A stretch of 64,000 bases of DNA from Haliotis rubra. Taxonomy: Eukaryota. How positions within the stretch are numbered: position 1 is the stretch's first letter; every line of letters begins with the position of its first letter. A model generated the notes under the pieces. The model was not told the DNA's origin. It saw only the letters and a list, made by a program, of their open reading frames with translations, and ran no database searches. Positions 39,978-52,077 of this stretch are shown here, piece after piece. The translations under genes were made by a program, and so were the position numbers. Location: positions 1 to 64,000 of the forward strand of contig NW_025765324.1 in the NCBI RefSeq assembly GCF_003918875.1. Direction: 5' to 3'.

Positions 39978-41123
39978 ACTTGAAATACAAACGATTTGTG
40001 CTTTGTTTGGGAAATCTTAAAGCTGAACTGAAAATTCACAAAATGGCCAAGCCATCTAGGTTTCTTGATAGAGAAAGAGATTGGCAGTTGAGTGAATTAA
40101 TTTCATTTCATCAATAAATGGACCCACACTCGGGAATACCCCACCGCCCCTCATCAATGGATGGACCCATACTCGTCAAATACGACTGACTGCTACATAA
40201 AACAACATTTACTCACAATTGTGTCATAATGACATTGAAAATGACAAAGCCATGATCGCAAATTGGAACAATTTATTTACTTTATAATATTTCAGAAAGA
40301 CTGGACAAGTTCAACAGCAGTATTCTAAAGCATCGGAGATGGTTTATCATGATAACTAATGAAATGTTGTTTCTAAAATGTTTGACAAATGAGGAACCAA
40401 CATGCAGTAGTGTGGAGGCTAATATACTGATTATATATTTATCAAACAATTGTTGAAAAGAATAGGCCTGAGCAAGGTAAACAGTATAGGAGTTCTCTCC
40501 CTTGATCCACAACAGCCTCAGTCCTGCAAAATGAAGTAAACAGGCCAAAAGCAACTAAAAGATTTCTAACACATGACAGGAACAAGCACTGAAATTGCAT
40601 TGTGTAACACAATAATAATTAAAAGGCACTCCATGCACCATTTAAAAATGATATTAAATATTGATGTAAGATATGAAATAAATTAATACTTTTCGTCTAC
40701 CTATTTCTTCAGGCAGCAACTGACATGTTTACTGACTTAAACACTCTATTATTATTGAATTTAGTAATATGGAACAAAACATAGAACAAAAAGCTATCAG
40801 TTAATTTGTTTAAATAACTGTTCAAATCCAAAGTAAACCTGTAGTTTCAGTTCCAACACAACACTACCACTTAAAGCCTTTCTCTGAGATAACGAATATT
40901 TCTTCATAACACCCCCAGATATATCCAATGTTTGTCTTGTTAACCTGATCAACAAATACAATGTATACACACAAACAAAATATGGCCTACCCACTCTAAC
41001 CATCCAAGAAACATTTGGTAAGTCTAACATTTTTCGATATCGATTTCGATCTGCTGTTACCTTTTCTTAAAAACTTTGACTCTTCTTTAGCACTATAGTG
41101 TGTGCAAACCCTGAGACAACATC

Positions 41124-41531
41124 GACAACCCATCTGCAGACAACCCATCTGCAGACAACCCATCTACCCATCTACAGACAACCCATCTGCAGTCAACACA
41201 TCTGCAGACAACCCATCTGCAGACAACCCATCTACAGACAACCCATCTGCAGTCAACACATCTACAGACCATCTGCAGACAACCCATCTACAGACAACCA
41301 ACTGCAGATAACCCATCTGCAGTCAACGCATCTGCAGTCTACCCATCTGCAGTCAACGCATCTGCAGACAACCCATCTGCAGACAACCCATCTGCAGACA
41401 ACCCATCTGCAGTCAACCCATCTGCAGACAACCCATCTGCAGACAACCCATCTGCAGTTAACCCATCTGCAGACAACCCATCAGCAGTCAACCCATCTGC
41501 AGACAACCATCTGCAGACAACCCATCTACAG
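41124..41531. repeat. 15-bp minisatellite (ACAACCCATCTGCAG)n, ~27 units
   Basis: Direct inspection; lies ~190 bp past the PCED1 stop, probably in its 3' UTR. Confidence 0.92.
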
Positions 41532-41721
41532 AGAATTCACGAGTACAAGACACAACCAAGGCACTGGAAAGTCAGTCAGATGTTTCCCAGATTCAACAGC
41601 CAGACTGATTGGCATATCTTGTTATCACAATGTCTGGTCATGTTTCAAGATAATATCTGCTGGTGTTTGATAATGTCTATTGGCAACATCTGGTGTTTCT
41701 GTTTTGTGATAATGTCAGCAA

Positions 41722-42520
41722 TTATTGCCGCCTGATCCTGCGTCTCTGTCCACCATTGTAAGGCTGGTACCGACAACGGTTGAAGTCCACATGCCGAGCC
41801 ATCTGTTCAAAGTTGTTGTTGCTGTAGGGATGCCACTGGAAGTTGTCCCTGGATCCAAGGTCTGTCACAAAGCTGCTGTTATCCATGATTTGGCCATACC
41901 CACAATCATTTCTCAGCTTCCTGTTGGTGTCCATTGTCTGTCTGTTTAGAGTGCCACGGTTTATGTTCATGGGGTTGATGTCCTTCAACATTCGGTTCAC
42001 ATCAAGGTTTAGTGGGCGACGTTGGGGCCGAACAGGCTGTTCCTGTCTGTTCAAAACCTGAGGCAATGCTCGGGAAGGAATGGTGTTACATCCAAAACGA
42101 AATATCTCCGGGTTCTTTTCCTGGTTTTTCTGGACATTGCCAGGGAGATGGAAGCCCCAGGCATCCGAGATGTGAGTCAGCAGCAGGTTGGTAATGCGCC
42201 GATGAGCTGTCATGTCCCAGTGTATGCCGTCATCGGCACGGCGGTGAAGCTGATACCGCAGGAAGTAATGCAGGTCAAGAACATCAAAGTCATTTTCAAC
42301 CACAACCTTGGCTGCATAATAGTTGGCTTCCAGGATGTCCAAACGCAGAGTGGAGTTCATGAATTCAATCTCAGGGATTATGAAACCACCCCGAGCATTC
42401 TTTGAAATGGGAAGTGTAGTGTTCCAGATGACCAGAGAGTCAGCAGGCAGCACCTCCTTGAACCGCCTGAACAATGTCTTCAGGTTCTCTTTGTACTCAT
42501 CGATAGCTTTCACACCATAC
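41722..42520 (-). CDS. PCED1A: PCED1-like last coding exon
   Basis: Acceptor TGTTGCAG; YGVKAIDEYKENL...DGIHWDMTAHRRITNLLLTHISDAWG, then an N/R/Q-rich tail. Confidence 0.92.
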
Positions 42521-45500
42521 CTGCAACACAGAAACGTATGATCTAACCAAACACATACATTTGCACACAATCACTGAACAGGTCACTAAGTGTGGCAGCT
42601 CTTGGTCTGTACAGGTCCCAAGCAACCAAAGCTGGACAACGTAACAGATGAGGTAGTCGGGCAGGGTGACCTGGTTGCTTGCATGTCATCATACACCATT
42701 GGTAAAGATCTTTGCTCATGACATCAATAAATGGATTGTATGGTTTGGACTTAAAGGGACACAGACCTTTGTATTTCTCCAAGACTGGTTGTTGCCTTTG
42801 TTGTATTTTTAATGTTGACCAGCAAATCGACCAAGGGCAGCTAATGAGACCTCTCTGGCAGCTATAGACAGCCTGGGTAAAGCTTGGGATTAGTGCCCCT
42901 TTAATTATAATAATTACAGGCTTTATGATGTCACTGGAATACAGCCAAGTGTAGATGCTAACACTGTTATCAAGCAAGTGATAACGATGTTAGAATATAC
43001 ACTGAAACAGCACATCTATTGCAAAAAAGAAGTTGTCTATCCATGAAATTATACCAGCTTCTAAATGCCACTTAAAGAAGTTATACTGCAAAGTGTGGCA
43101 TTAGATCACACACAAACCCACAAACGAACAGCTTATCATTATCTGTGAAGGATGAGGTGGTTGAACACTTAACAAGAATATTTTAAGATTGTAGTATTCA
43201 TGTTAGGATAACAATCATTTCTGGATATGACCCGATGTATCAGTGAATTACTAGTATTTACTTGGTCAGACACTAAAAAGACCCTCACCAAATCACAGCC
43301 ATTTAGTTCGGTGTGGGTGGTAAAAAACTATGCTAGTTAAAGATGAATTATACAAGTTTGTTGGTTAGTTAATGTCACACTCAGCCGCATTCCAGATATA
43401 TGACAGCATTTTCTAAATAATCAGTGACAGACTTCATGAGCATCGATCTACACAGCTGACATAACAAATACATTTAATCAGCGAAGTCACCAAGTCCTGT
43501 TAACTGCCTCTTTGGACAAACAAGGGTTGATGAGAAATATTCTAACCAAGATTACCACTGACCGCCAAATTCAGTTGCCTCTTATGACCCTTTCAACCCA
43601 AGGCTCTTCAAGGCCTAGATTCATAAGCATTATCATTATCACACAATACTTTAAGATTGACAATCATCATCTAAGTTACACTTGGTTGAGGTGAGGTGAA
43701 ATTGGGTTTAACGTCGTGCTTGAGAATATTTCGCTCATATGACGACGTGCATGCATGTGTATGTGTATGTGTATGTGCGGCTGCTTGTAATAGCCCAGAC
43801 TTAAGCTGGTTTTATAGTGCTAGCCCACTGAGATACCATGCCGCAGTGAAGCATGAATACCCCACTCAGACACAGTATACTGACTCCGAGCCGACCAGTC
43901 CTTGCTGTACCAATTAATGCCGAACGCCAGGCAGGGACCAACAAGTACCATACTTTAACGTCTTGTGGTATGACGCGGTCGGGGATCGAACCCGCGACCT
44001 TCCGCTCTCTGGGCGGACGCTCTAACCACTACACCACGGAGGCGGTCTACACTTGGTTGAGACCGGTTACAAGAGTAGGCTACAGTGGTGACATAATTTA
44101 ATCACTATGAAAGCACAATGCCATTTAACAAGAGTCATCAGAAGATGGCATATCCCCCCGGCCTCCACATCTTTGAAAGAACAAATCATCTGACAGTTAC
44201 TTTAAGTCCAGCTTGATTTTAGACTAAGTGCAAATCGTTTCCATGGAAATCATGAAAAAAATAAATGACAAAAATCTGCGAATAGCAAAAGGCACCACTT
44301 TGGGATCTGCCTCACATATCTGCCAAGTTTTGCTGAAAGATATCGAGATGTTTTTGAGTTGTGCTCCGGAAACGAAGCCCACCCCTCACTTTTGGGACTA
44401 AGTCCGAATCGTTTCCATGGAAACCGAAAATAAAAATGCCAAAATCTGCAAATAGCAAAAGGCACAACTTTAGGATGTGTTTGATATATCTACCAAGTTT
44501 TGTTGAAATATATTATAACGGTTTTTGAGTTGTGCTCGAAACGAAAAGCAATCCTTACTTTTGAGACTAAGTCCAAAAATGTTTCCATGGAAACCAAGAA
44601 AAATAAAAATGCCAAAATCTGCAAATAGCAAAAGGCACAACTTTAGGATCTGTTTGATATATCTACCAAGTTTTGTTGAAATGTTTTGAATGGTTCTTGA
44701 GTTATGCTCCGGAAACAAAGCCCACCCCTCACTTTTGGGATAAAGTCCGAATCGTTTCCATGGAAACCGGGAAAAATAAAAATACCAAAAATCTGTGAAG
44801 AGCAAAAGGCACCACTTAAGGTTCTGTTTGATATATCTACCAAGTCTTGTTGAAAAATATTAAACGGTTCTTGAGTTATGCTCCGGAAACGAAACCCGGC
44901 CCTTCCTTTTGAGACTAAGTCTGAATCATTTCCATGGAAACCAAAAAAATAATAAATCACAAATATCTGCAAATAGCAAAAGGCACCACTTCAAGATCTG
45001 CCTCACATATCTGCCAAGTTTTGCTGAAAGATATTGAGAAGTTTTCGAGAAGTGCTCCGAAACGGCTTCCACCCTCACTTTTGGGACTAAGTCCGAATCG
45101 TTTCCATGGAAACCGGAAAAAATAAAATGCCAAAATCTGCAAATAGCAAAGGCACAACTTTAGGATGTGTTTGATATATCTACCAAGTTTTGTTGAAATA
45201 TATTAAACGGTTCTTGAGTTATGCTCCGAAACAAAGCAATCCTTACTTTTGAGACTAAGTCCAAAATGTTTCCATGGAAACCGGAAAAATAAAATGCCAA
45301 AAAATCTGCAAATAGCAAAAGGCACCACTGTAAGGTTCTGTTTCATACATCTACCAAGTTTTGTTGAAAAAATATTAAACGGTTCTTGAGTTATGTCTCG
45401 AAACGAAGCCCCACCCTCACTTTTGGGACTAAGTCCGAATCGCATTCCATGGAAACCGGAAAAACATAAATGCCAAAAAATCTGTGAATAGCAAAAGGCA

Positions 45501-48500
45501 CCACTTTAGGATCTGTTTGATATATCTACCAAGTTTTGTTGAAAAATACTGAACAGTTCTTGAGTTATGCTCCGGAAACGAAGCCCACCCTTCTTTAAGA
45601 CTAAGTCCAAAACGTTTCCATGGAAACCGAGAAAAATAAAAATGACAATAATCTGTAAATAGCAAAAGGCACCACCTTAGGTTATGTTTGACATATCTAC
45701 CAATTTGGGTTGAAAAATATCGAACGGTTTTTGAGTTATGCTCCGGAAACAAAATGATTACGGACGGACGGACAGACGGACGGACAGACGGACAGACGGA
45801 CAGACGGACGGACAGACGGACGAGGCGACGACTATATCCCACCGCATTACATGCCGGTGGGATAAAAAGTGGTAAAATGTAACACATTATATTTTGGATT
45901 ACACTTTCCCAGTAAAGTACATATTCTAGTGCTTTTGTTAGGTTGAGTCCCACCTAATCCCCAGCACACAAAGGCAGAGATCTATCAAACTCAACCACAT
46001 GGAAGCCGGACAACTGGTAGTCTAGATCACATACTTTGTTTCCTCTCTGACTTGTGTAAAAACTATGAATACACAATGCTAGAGGCACTACTCCCAGTAC
46101 TAAGCTGGTTCTCGGCTCCCTTTGCATGTGCCAACTTGCGATATGCGGGATGGGGACCAGCTTACTTCCTGTACAAGATTTCCAGTAACAAGCGTATATT
46201 CAAGAACCAGTTCTGGTTCCAAATTGCGAGACCGCCAAATACGACTTTACCAGACCGGACCAAGTGTACGTTGTTTGTCCCCAGGAGTACTAACGCTCGC
46301 AAAGTGCTATGACCTACTTACGGGCCCTATCTAGAAAGTGGTCAAATGTAACATAAGTAATATATATGGGATAGCTTTCAGACATGGGATCTGTGCCTAT
46401 TTACACTAGTCAGAAGGATACAAAGTAAAAATACAGTATATTTCTAAAACAGCATACTTATGGACAGACAACTTCTTTACTGCAATGGATGCAATAATCA
46501 AGACCAATCAAGATTAAGAGGCCCCAACTCTTTGTCCATCTCACTTCATACCATTATCTATTAGTAGCTATTAGTAATGTAATCACACTGTACATCAACC
46601 TTGTACCCATGTGGGGAATCAAACCCAGGTCTTTGGTGTGATGAGCAATCGTTTTAACCACTAGGCTACCCCCACAGGTTGTCAAAAGCATACCTGCTGA
46701 TATCCCACAGACAGGAGTTGAGGATCACAATATCAGGCCTTGGTTCATCACTCAGGTCAGCCAGAATGCTCTCCATGTAAGCGTTGTAGCAGCGGCATAC
46801 AAAGTAGAATCGGACGAGGTGGTAGTCCGACAGGTACTGTCGCACCTCACGGTAGTTGATGCCATTACTCATCTTGCCCTTCTTCCCTTCCTCGATCAGC
46901 TCATCCCTCTCAAAGGTCATCTCACCCTGCATACAGGTGAAAGTTCACAGGTAGAGAATACAAGAATTGTAAAGGAGTGAGTGAGTGAGTGAGTTTAGTT
47001 TTACACCGCATTCAGCAATATTCCAGCTATATGGTGGCAGTCTGTAAATAATCGAGTCTGGAATGGACAATCCAGTGATCAACAGCATGAGCATCGATTT
47101 GCGCAATTGGGAACCGATGACATGTGTTACCCGATCCTGTTAGTCACCTCTTACAACAAGCATGGGTTACTGAAGATCAATATTCTAACCCAAACCTTCA
47201 CCGGTCAGAACTGTAAAGGAAGAAGCAGATAATGGAGCATACAACATTATGGATGACAAACTACGGTTTGGTGTAGATTTTTACACCATTATCAAGCTAA
47301 AAGCTACACCAAAACGTCACACTATGCAATAAACAAGAAGTTGTCATCTATAAAGTTTCTGACAGATATCAATGTCTTAAAGTCAGCTGATATTTCAAGT
47401 CATATTTTCAAGTTGTTGTTGATGAGTTGGTTCAATATTGATGTTTTTGCTTGTCTTATTGTTGTCTGAAATTATCAGTTCTATCAACAACAAAAAAAAA
47501 CGGTTCTCTATGCTAAACAGTTCAAATGACAAACATTGACATGCTAGTCCAATTCATTTAGTTGCCTATTAAATCCAAAACATATGGGAAAGATTGTATC
47601 TCATTATCATCAAAGTGTCAATTACATCCAAAATCCATTTGACCATAACTTGGTCTGCAAAGAAAATCACCTGTTAGAACACAACACAAACTACCCAGAC
47701 ATTGTATTGCCCTTCATGTCTAAGTCATCTCAAGTTTCTTCAATGCTACACTCTCCATTATCCCAGTCCTATCACAACAGCTTTTAAATATATGAGTCTG
47801 GACCAGACAATCCAGTGATCCAATATTGTGAGGAATGATCCACACAATCGGGTTACAATGGCTTTCAACAATGTCAAGGAAGCTTACATATCTTACAAGC
47901 CTAGACCAGTAGTGAGTGAGTGAGTGAGTTTAGTTTTACGCTGTGCTCAGCAATATTCCAGCTATATAGCAGTGGTCTGTAAATAATAGAATCTGGACCA
48001 GACAATCCAGTGATCAACAGCATGAGCATCGATCTGCGCAATTGGTAACCGATGACATGTGTCAACCAAGTCAGCAAGCCTGACCACCCGATCCCGTTAG
48101 TCGCCTCTTACGACAAGCATGGGTTACTGAAGATCAATTCTAACCTGGATCTTCACGGGTTCCTCAACCAGTAAAGGTGCAAGGTAGAATTGCTCTCAGG
48201 AATCTATGCTTGTCACAAGAGGTGACTAACTGCATCTGGTGGTCAAGCCCTCTAACCTGATTTAAGCATGCCATCGTATGCCACCTGCGGACATCAATGC
48301 TCACTCTACTAATCACTTGATTGTGCGGTCAAGACTATATTATTTACAGACTGCTTTATTACATCCTGGAATACAGACAGTGATCAACAAACTACCAGCA
48401 ACAGTTGCTAGGCAGCTATTCAAAGCCAGCATCTTCTGTGGGCATGTCAGGTATGGTCAGGTATGGTCAGGCAATGGTTACCTTGTTGCGGAGGTTGCTA

Positions 48501-50353
48501 TCAGACAGGTATCGGTTCTTCTGGAGCAGCAGCACCATATCCTTGTACACAGCTCGCTGTACTGCAGGAAACAATAACATGGGTATTTGTATCATTTAAG
48601 CTACCACTTACAACCCTTGAGCAGCCTAGTCAACTTCTCACTTTATGTTCAAAGCACTACATTCTTCTACCACATACAGTTATAGATAAGGGGTGGCCTT
48701 CAGCCTCTCACCTGATGACTGTGGACGACTCTAAGGTCCAAATCAGGAGTGGAGTGAGTGAGTGAGTTTAGTTTTACGCCGCACTCAGCAATATTCCAGC
48801 TATATGGCGGTCTGTAAATATATCGAGTCTGGACCAGACAATCCAGTGATCAACAGCATGAGCATCGATCTGCGCAAGGCGGGGGAACCGATGACAGCGG
48901 AGTGTCAACCAAGTCATTTGTTCTTTAAACTGACCTATAGCAGGGTTTCGATCCCGTTAACTCTATAGCCTCTTACGACAAGATAGTCACCTTTATTTAT
49001 GGCAAGTCACTCTATTATGGGTTGCTGAAGACCTATTTGTCTCCAATTCTTTCAGGATAGCATTATAAAATCAATGACTTTCTTTTGGGAATAATAAATT
49101 CCTTCTGTATAGGAGTTTCTGATTATAGCTAACAGTATTTTGCTTTGGTCCTCACCATCTAAAGCAGGGTCTCAATGACTTTCTTTACAGTGAGTCACTC
49201 ATTAGGGTTTCAGATTTGTTCTATTACAGTGAGTCACTCTAACAGGTTTCAGATTTGTTGAAATTACAGTGAGTGACATAGCAGGGTTTCTGATTTGTAG
49301 CAATACAGTAGTCTTTGTCAGACAGAGTTTGTCTACAAACTCTATGACAGTTTCAGATTTGTTCTTTTACAGTGAGTCACTCTATAGCAGGGTTTCAGAT
49401 TTGTTCTTTTACAGAGAGTCACTCTATAGCAGGGTTTCAGATTTGTTCTTTTACAGAGAGTCACTCAACTTCAGTATTTCAGATTTGTTCTACTACAGAG
49501 AGTCACTCTATTGCAGGGTTTCAGATTTGTTCTTTTACAGAGAGTCACTCAACTTCAGTATTTCAGATTTGTTCTACTACAGAGAGCCACTCTATAGCAG
49601 GGTTTCAGATTTGTTCTTTTACAGTGAGTCACTCTATAGCAGGGTTTCAGATTTGTTCTTTTACAGAGAGTCACTCTATAGCAGGGTTTCAGATTTGTTC
49701 TTTTACAGTGAGTCACTCTATAGCAGGGTTTCAGATTTGTTCTTTTACAGAGAGTCACTCTATAGCAGGGTTTCAGATTTGTTCTTTTACAGTGAGTCAC
49801 TCTATAGCAGGGTTTCAGATTTGTTCTTTTACAGAGTCACTCACTCTACTTCAGTATTTCAGATTTGTTCTATTACAGAGAGTCACTCTATTGCAGTATT
49901 TCAGATTTGTTCTACTACAGAGAGTCACTCTATTGCAGTATTTCAGATTTGTTCTTCAACAGTGTCCCTATCTCTATAGAAGAGTTTCAGATTTGTTCTT
50001 TTTCTGTGAGTCACTCTTCAGCAGGGTTTCACTAACATATACAGAGACACTAACCAGAATTGCGTCCTACAACTGTCTTAGGTCTATGTTTAGGTATGGG
50101 AGTTACAATCACCTTGGTGCTGAGATCTCTTCGTAACAACAGCACTCTGTGCTGCTCTTCAGTTCAAGAAGGCCAAAAATGTTTTGAACTGTTTCTGTAA
50201 GCGTCATGTCAAGGACCCCCTGGCTTTCATGGTTTAGTTTGGACATTGATTGCAGTATATATGGTGGGAACACTTACTTGAGTCCCCAATAATGACCACA
50301 AACTTGTTGTAAAAGAGTTTCTCTGCATCCTGGCGAAAGAATATGTCCCCCAT
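41722..50353 (-). CDS. PCED1A: PC-esterase domain-containing protein 1A/1B-like (FAM113; SGNH/GDSL-like), 395 aa; coding exons 50278-50353, 48482-48561, 46694-46926, 41722-42520
   Basis: The spliced translation contains [70 protein letters not shown] and DGIHWD (GDS nucleophile, DxxH). These match vertebrate PCED1A as I recall it. All introns are GT-AG with compatible phases (1,0,2). Confidence 0.93.
43691..44047 (-). mobile_element. Full-length tRNA-derived SINE (V-SINE-like core) with perfect 14-bp TSD
   Basis: Minus-strand head has box A TGGTGTAGTGG and box B GGTTCGATCCC. Core is CCCTGCCTGGCGTTCGGCATTAA...GCTAGCACTATAAAA. TSD TACACTTGGTTGAG at 43677-43690 and 44048-44061. V-domain assignment is from memory. 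Confidence 0.88.
44127..45868 (-). mobile_element. Non-autonomous Helentron (HINE/DINE-1/Pearl-like) element carrying ~9 copies of a ~172-bp satellite
   Basis: Minus-strand order: TTTTTATCCCACCG subTIR, IR CGGTGGGATA, (GTCY)n microsatellite (45760-45821), tandem monomers marked by TTCCATGGAAA (~44238 to ~45615), subTIR CCGGGGGGATA, hairpin GCCATC-TTCT-GATGAC, end TCTTGTT. Confidence 0.85.
46600..46672 (-). mobile_element. Degenerate tRNA-like SINE head fragment
   Basis: Minus strand GGGGTAGCCTAGTGGTTAAA...GGGTTTGATTCCCC (box A/B-like); no full cloverleaf. Confidence 0.6.
46694..46926 (-). CDS. PCED1A: PCED1-like coding exon 3
   Basis: [14 protein letters not shown]...[8 protein letters not shown]; CAG acceptor, GTATG donor. 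Confidence 0.92.
46977..47205 (-). mobile_element. Headless SINE-like element (ACCCGTGAAG family)
   Basis: (TCAC)n tail; TSD AGAAYTGTAAAGGA at 46963-46976 and 47207-47220. Confidence 0.85.
47912..48160 (-). mobile_element. Headless SINE-like element (ACCCGTGAAG family), full length
   Basis: Closely matches the reverse complement of 54966-55207; contains GTCGTAAGAGGCGACTAA and a (TCAC)n tail. Confidence 0.88.
48482..48561 (-). CDS. PCED1A: PCED1-like coding exon 2
   Basis: (I)[36 protein letters not shown] acceptor, GTAACC donor. Confidence 0.9.
48752..49035 (-). mobile_element. SINE-like element of the same family, partly garbled
   Basis: Clean for ~130 bp, then interleaved with words of the adjacent 42-bp minisatellite. 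Confidence 0.75.
49185..50030. repeat. 42-bp minisatellite (TACAGWGAGTCACTCTATAGCAGGGTTTCAGATTTGTTCTTT)n in PCED1 intron
   Basis: 14-aa periodicity in the overlapping ORFs; cleanest from ~49350. Confidence 0.92.
50278..50353 (-). CDS. PCED1A: PCED1-like coding exon 1
   Basis: [25 protein letters not shown]. Acceptor TTTCAG lies 6 nt before GCCATGG, so an upstream exon exists. GTAAG donor. Confidence 0.9.
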
Positions 50354-52077
50354 GGCTACCTGAAACAAATATTACAAAGTATCTGATTCTGAAGTTGCAG
50401 GTTTCACTTTAATTAAAACACCTAAGGATTGTGTAGTTTCATACGTCCTTACAATGAGATCAACGTAATGAACCACAGGAAAATACATAATTCCGGAAAT
50501 ATTAGGATTCGTAATTTAAATAAATAAACACCATTTATGATTCTCCTAATTTTGATACAAAATCATAAAAAGACAAGGAATAACTATCTACCTTGCCCAA
50601 TATAAAACCAAAAATAAGTGTTTCCTTTGCAGAAAGTAGTTATCTGTACATGCCCTAAAGTATACACCAATGTGAAACTGCTACTGTCGCCTGTTCATAT
50701 TCAACTAAAACTAACCCGACAGATCAAATCGGTCAAGTATTCAGGCGGTTCCCGGTCAACTGATCGCCTGTCGCCTATGTGAAACAGTAGGATTTAAAAT
50801 CACTCGATTTTGAGAGAAAACATTACTAACATTTTGTTGTAAGTCAGTGACTGTGTAATCATGACAATTCCCAGTAATTCAAGGGAAAATGTAGGCTCCA
50901 AATTGTCAGCCATAAAGACGACGAGTGGCAGCATGCCAAGTGGTCGACAGTCTTTCTGATGACAGACGACTGGCTGGAAAACTAACTATCAAAAGCAACT
51001 TCTAAAACTATCGCGTAAGCTAAAAAACGTTCACAAGTCCTCTTCTCTTACCTGCAAAGTGGATTAACGTAAGAGACAATCGCAACCGACATTTGAATAT
51101 GTTCAAAAACACAAATTGTGTACTGTCAGTATGACACTGACAGGCCTTGGGTAGCCCATGGACGCACTTTGGCAACAAGGCTTCATTGGTGTTTAGCATT
51201 GTATACTTTGATCTCATTAAACTGGCGCTGGTAGCGCTGACAACAATTAGAACAGCATGCATATTTCAACAAGTGGAACAGCACACATACACGGATTTAC
51301 TTACCTATTGTATGTGATGTCACTCGTTTCTTTGGGATTTACGAACATCGAAAGAAGTTCGGATGATATAACCTTGGAAGAGTCCATTTTGACAGCAGGG
51401 AGCGAGGGATAGTGAGTGTCACCTGTCATTCATCTTGGACCGCTGTTCCATTACAAACATTGACATACGAACTTTACGTTACAAATTACTCAGGAATATA
51501 TTCAAGTTTTGTTTTACCAAACTTAGGTGACCTGTCTTGTCTTTTTTAGAAAAAGCAGAATATGGGAGATTTCAGTTTTGAATAGGAATAGCACAGTGGA
51601 CACAAGGTTCGGAACGGAGACTGTGCGTCAATCTTCAACGTAATGCATCTCAGTGAAGAACAATAACTCTCACAAATAAATTAATACATAATGGTCTTAC
51701 ATGCTGAAAATTGAAACAAACTAAATACTAGGATGTATTTAACGATGTTACCCAATTTCCGGGAAGTGTGTCAGAATACTTTAAAATCATCTCTTTTCTA
51801 TCGGTGTAGAACTTAAAAACTCGATCTTTTATGTTTTTTTCATGTGACTGATATGAGATATATGAGATATTGGCTCAGCACCAACTAACATATAAAATAT
51901 CCAAATCGGTTAGAAAGAAGACCGGTTCTCTGTGTGCCAACTGTGGGACCGAAATTTGAAAAGCAATAACTATAATTGCTGTTGATTGTTGAAAGAAAAC
52001 TATGCATACACTTGACCTTTCGCTTCAATTTCAAAGTTTTACAACTTTCACTGTTACAGTGCAATATCTGTAAATAT

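Larger units (their letters stand above)
32796..40009. repeat. Large inverted duplication: arms ~32796-35233 and ~37270-40009, ~2-kb spacer
   Basis: The right arm is the reverse complement of copy 10 plus its upstream region and MITE. Mirror-image ORFs appear in the track (34760-35005 + and 37493-37738 -). Confidence 0.93.

Noticed and set aside
41098-41670. 190-aa (THLQT)n ORF
   Set aside because: 15-bp minisatellite; no credible start or splice context.
43965-44047. Functional tRNA gene
   Set aside because: It is the head of a SINE, continuous with a core and tail and bounded by a TSD.
49269-50136. 236- and 254-aa repetitive ORFs
   Set aside because: 42-bp intronic minisatellite, antisense to PCED1.
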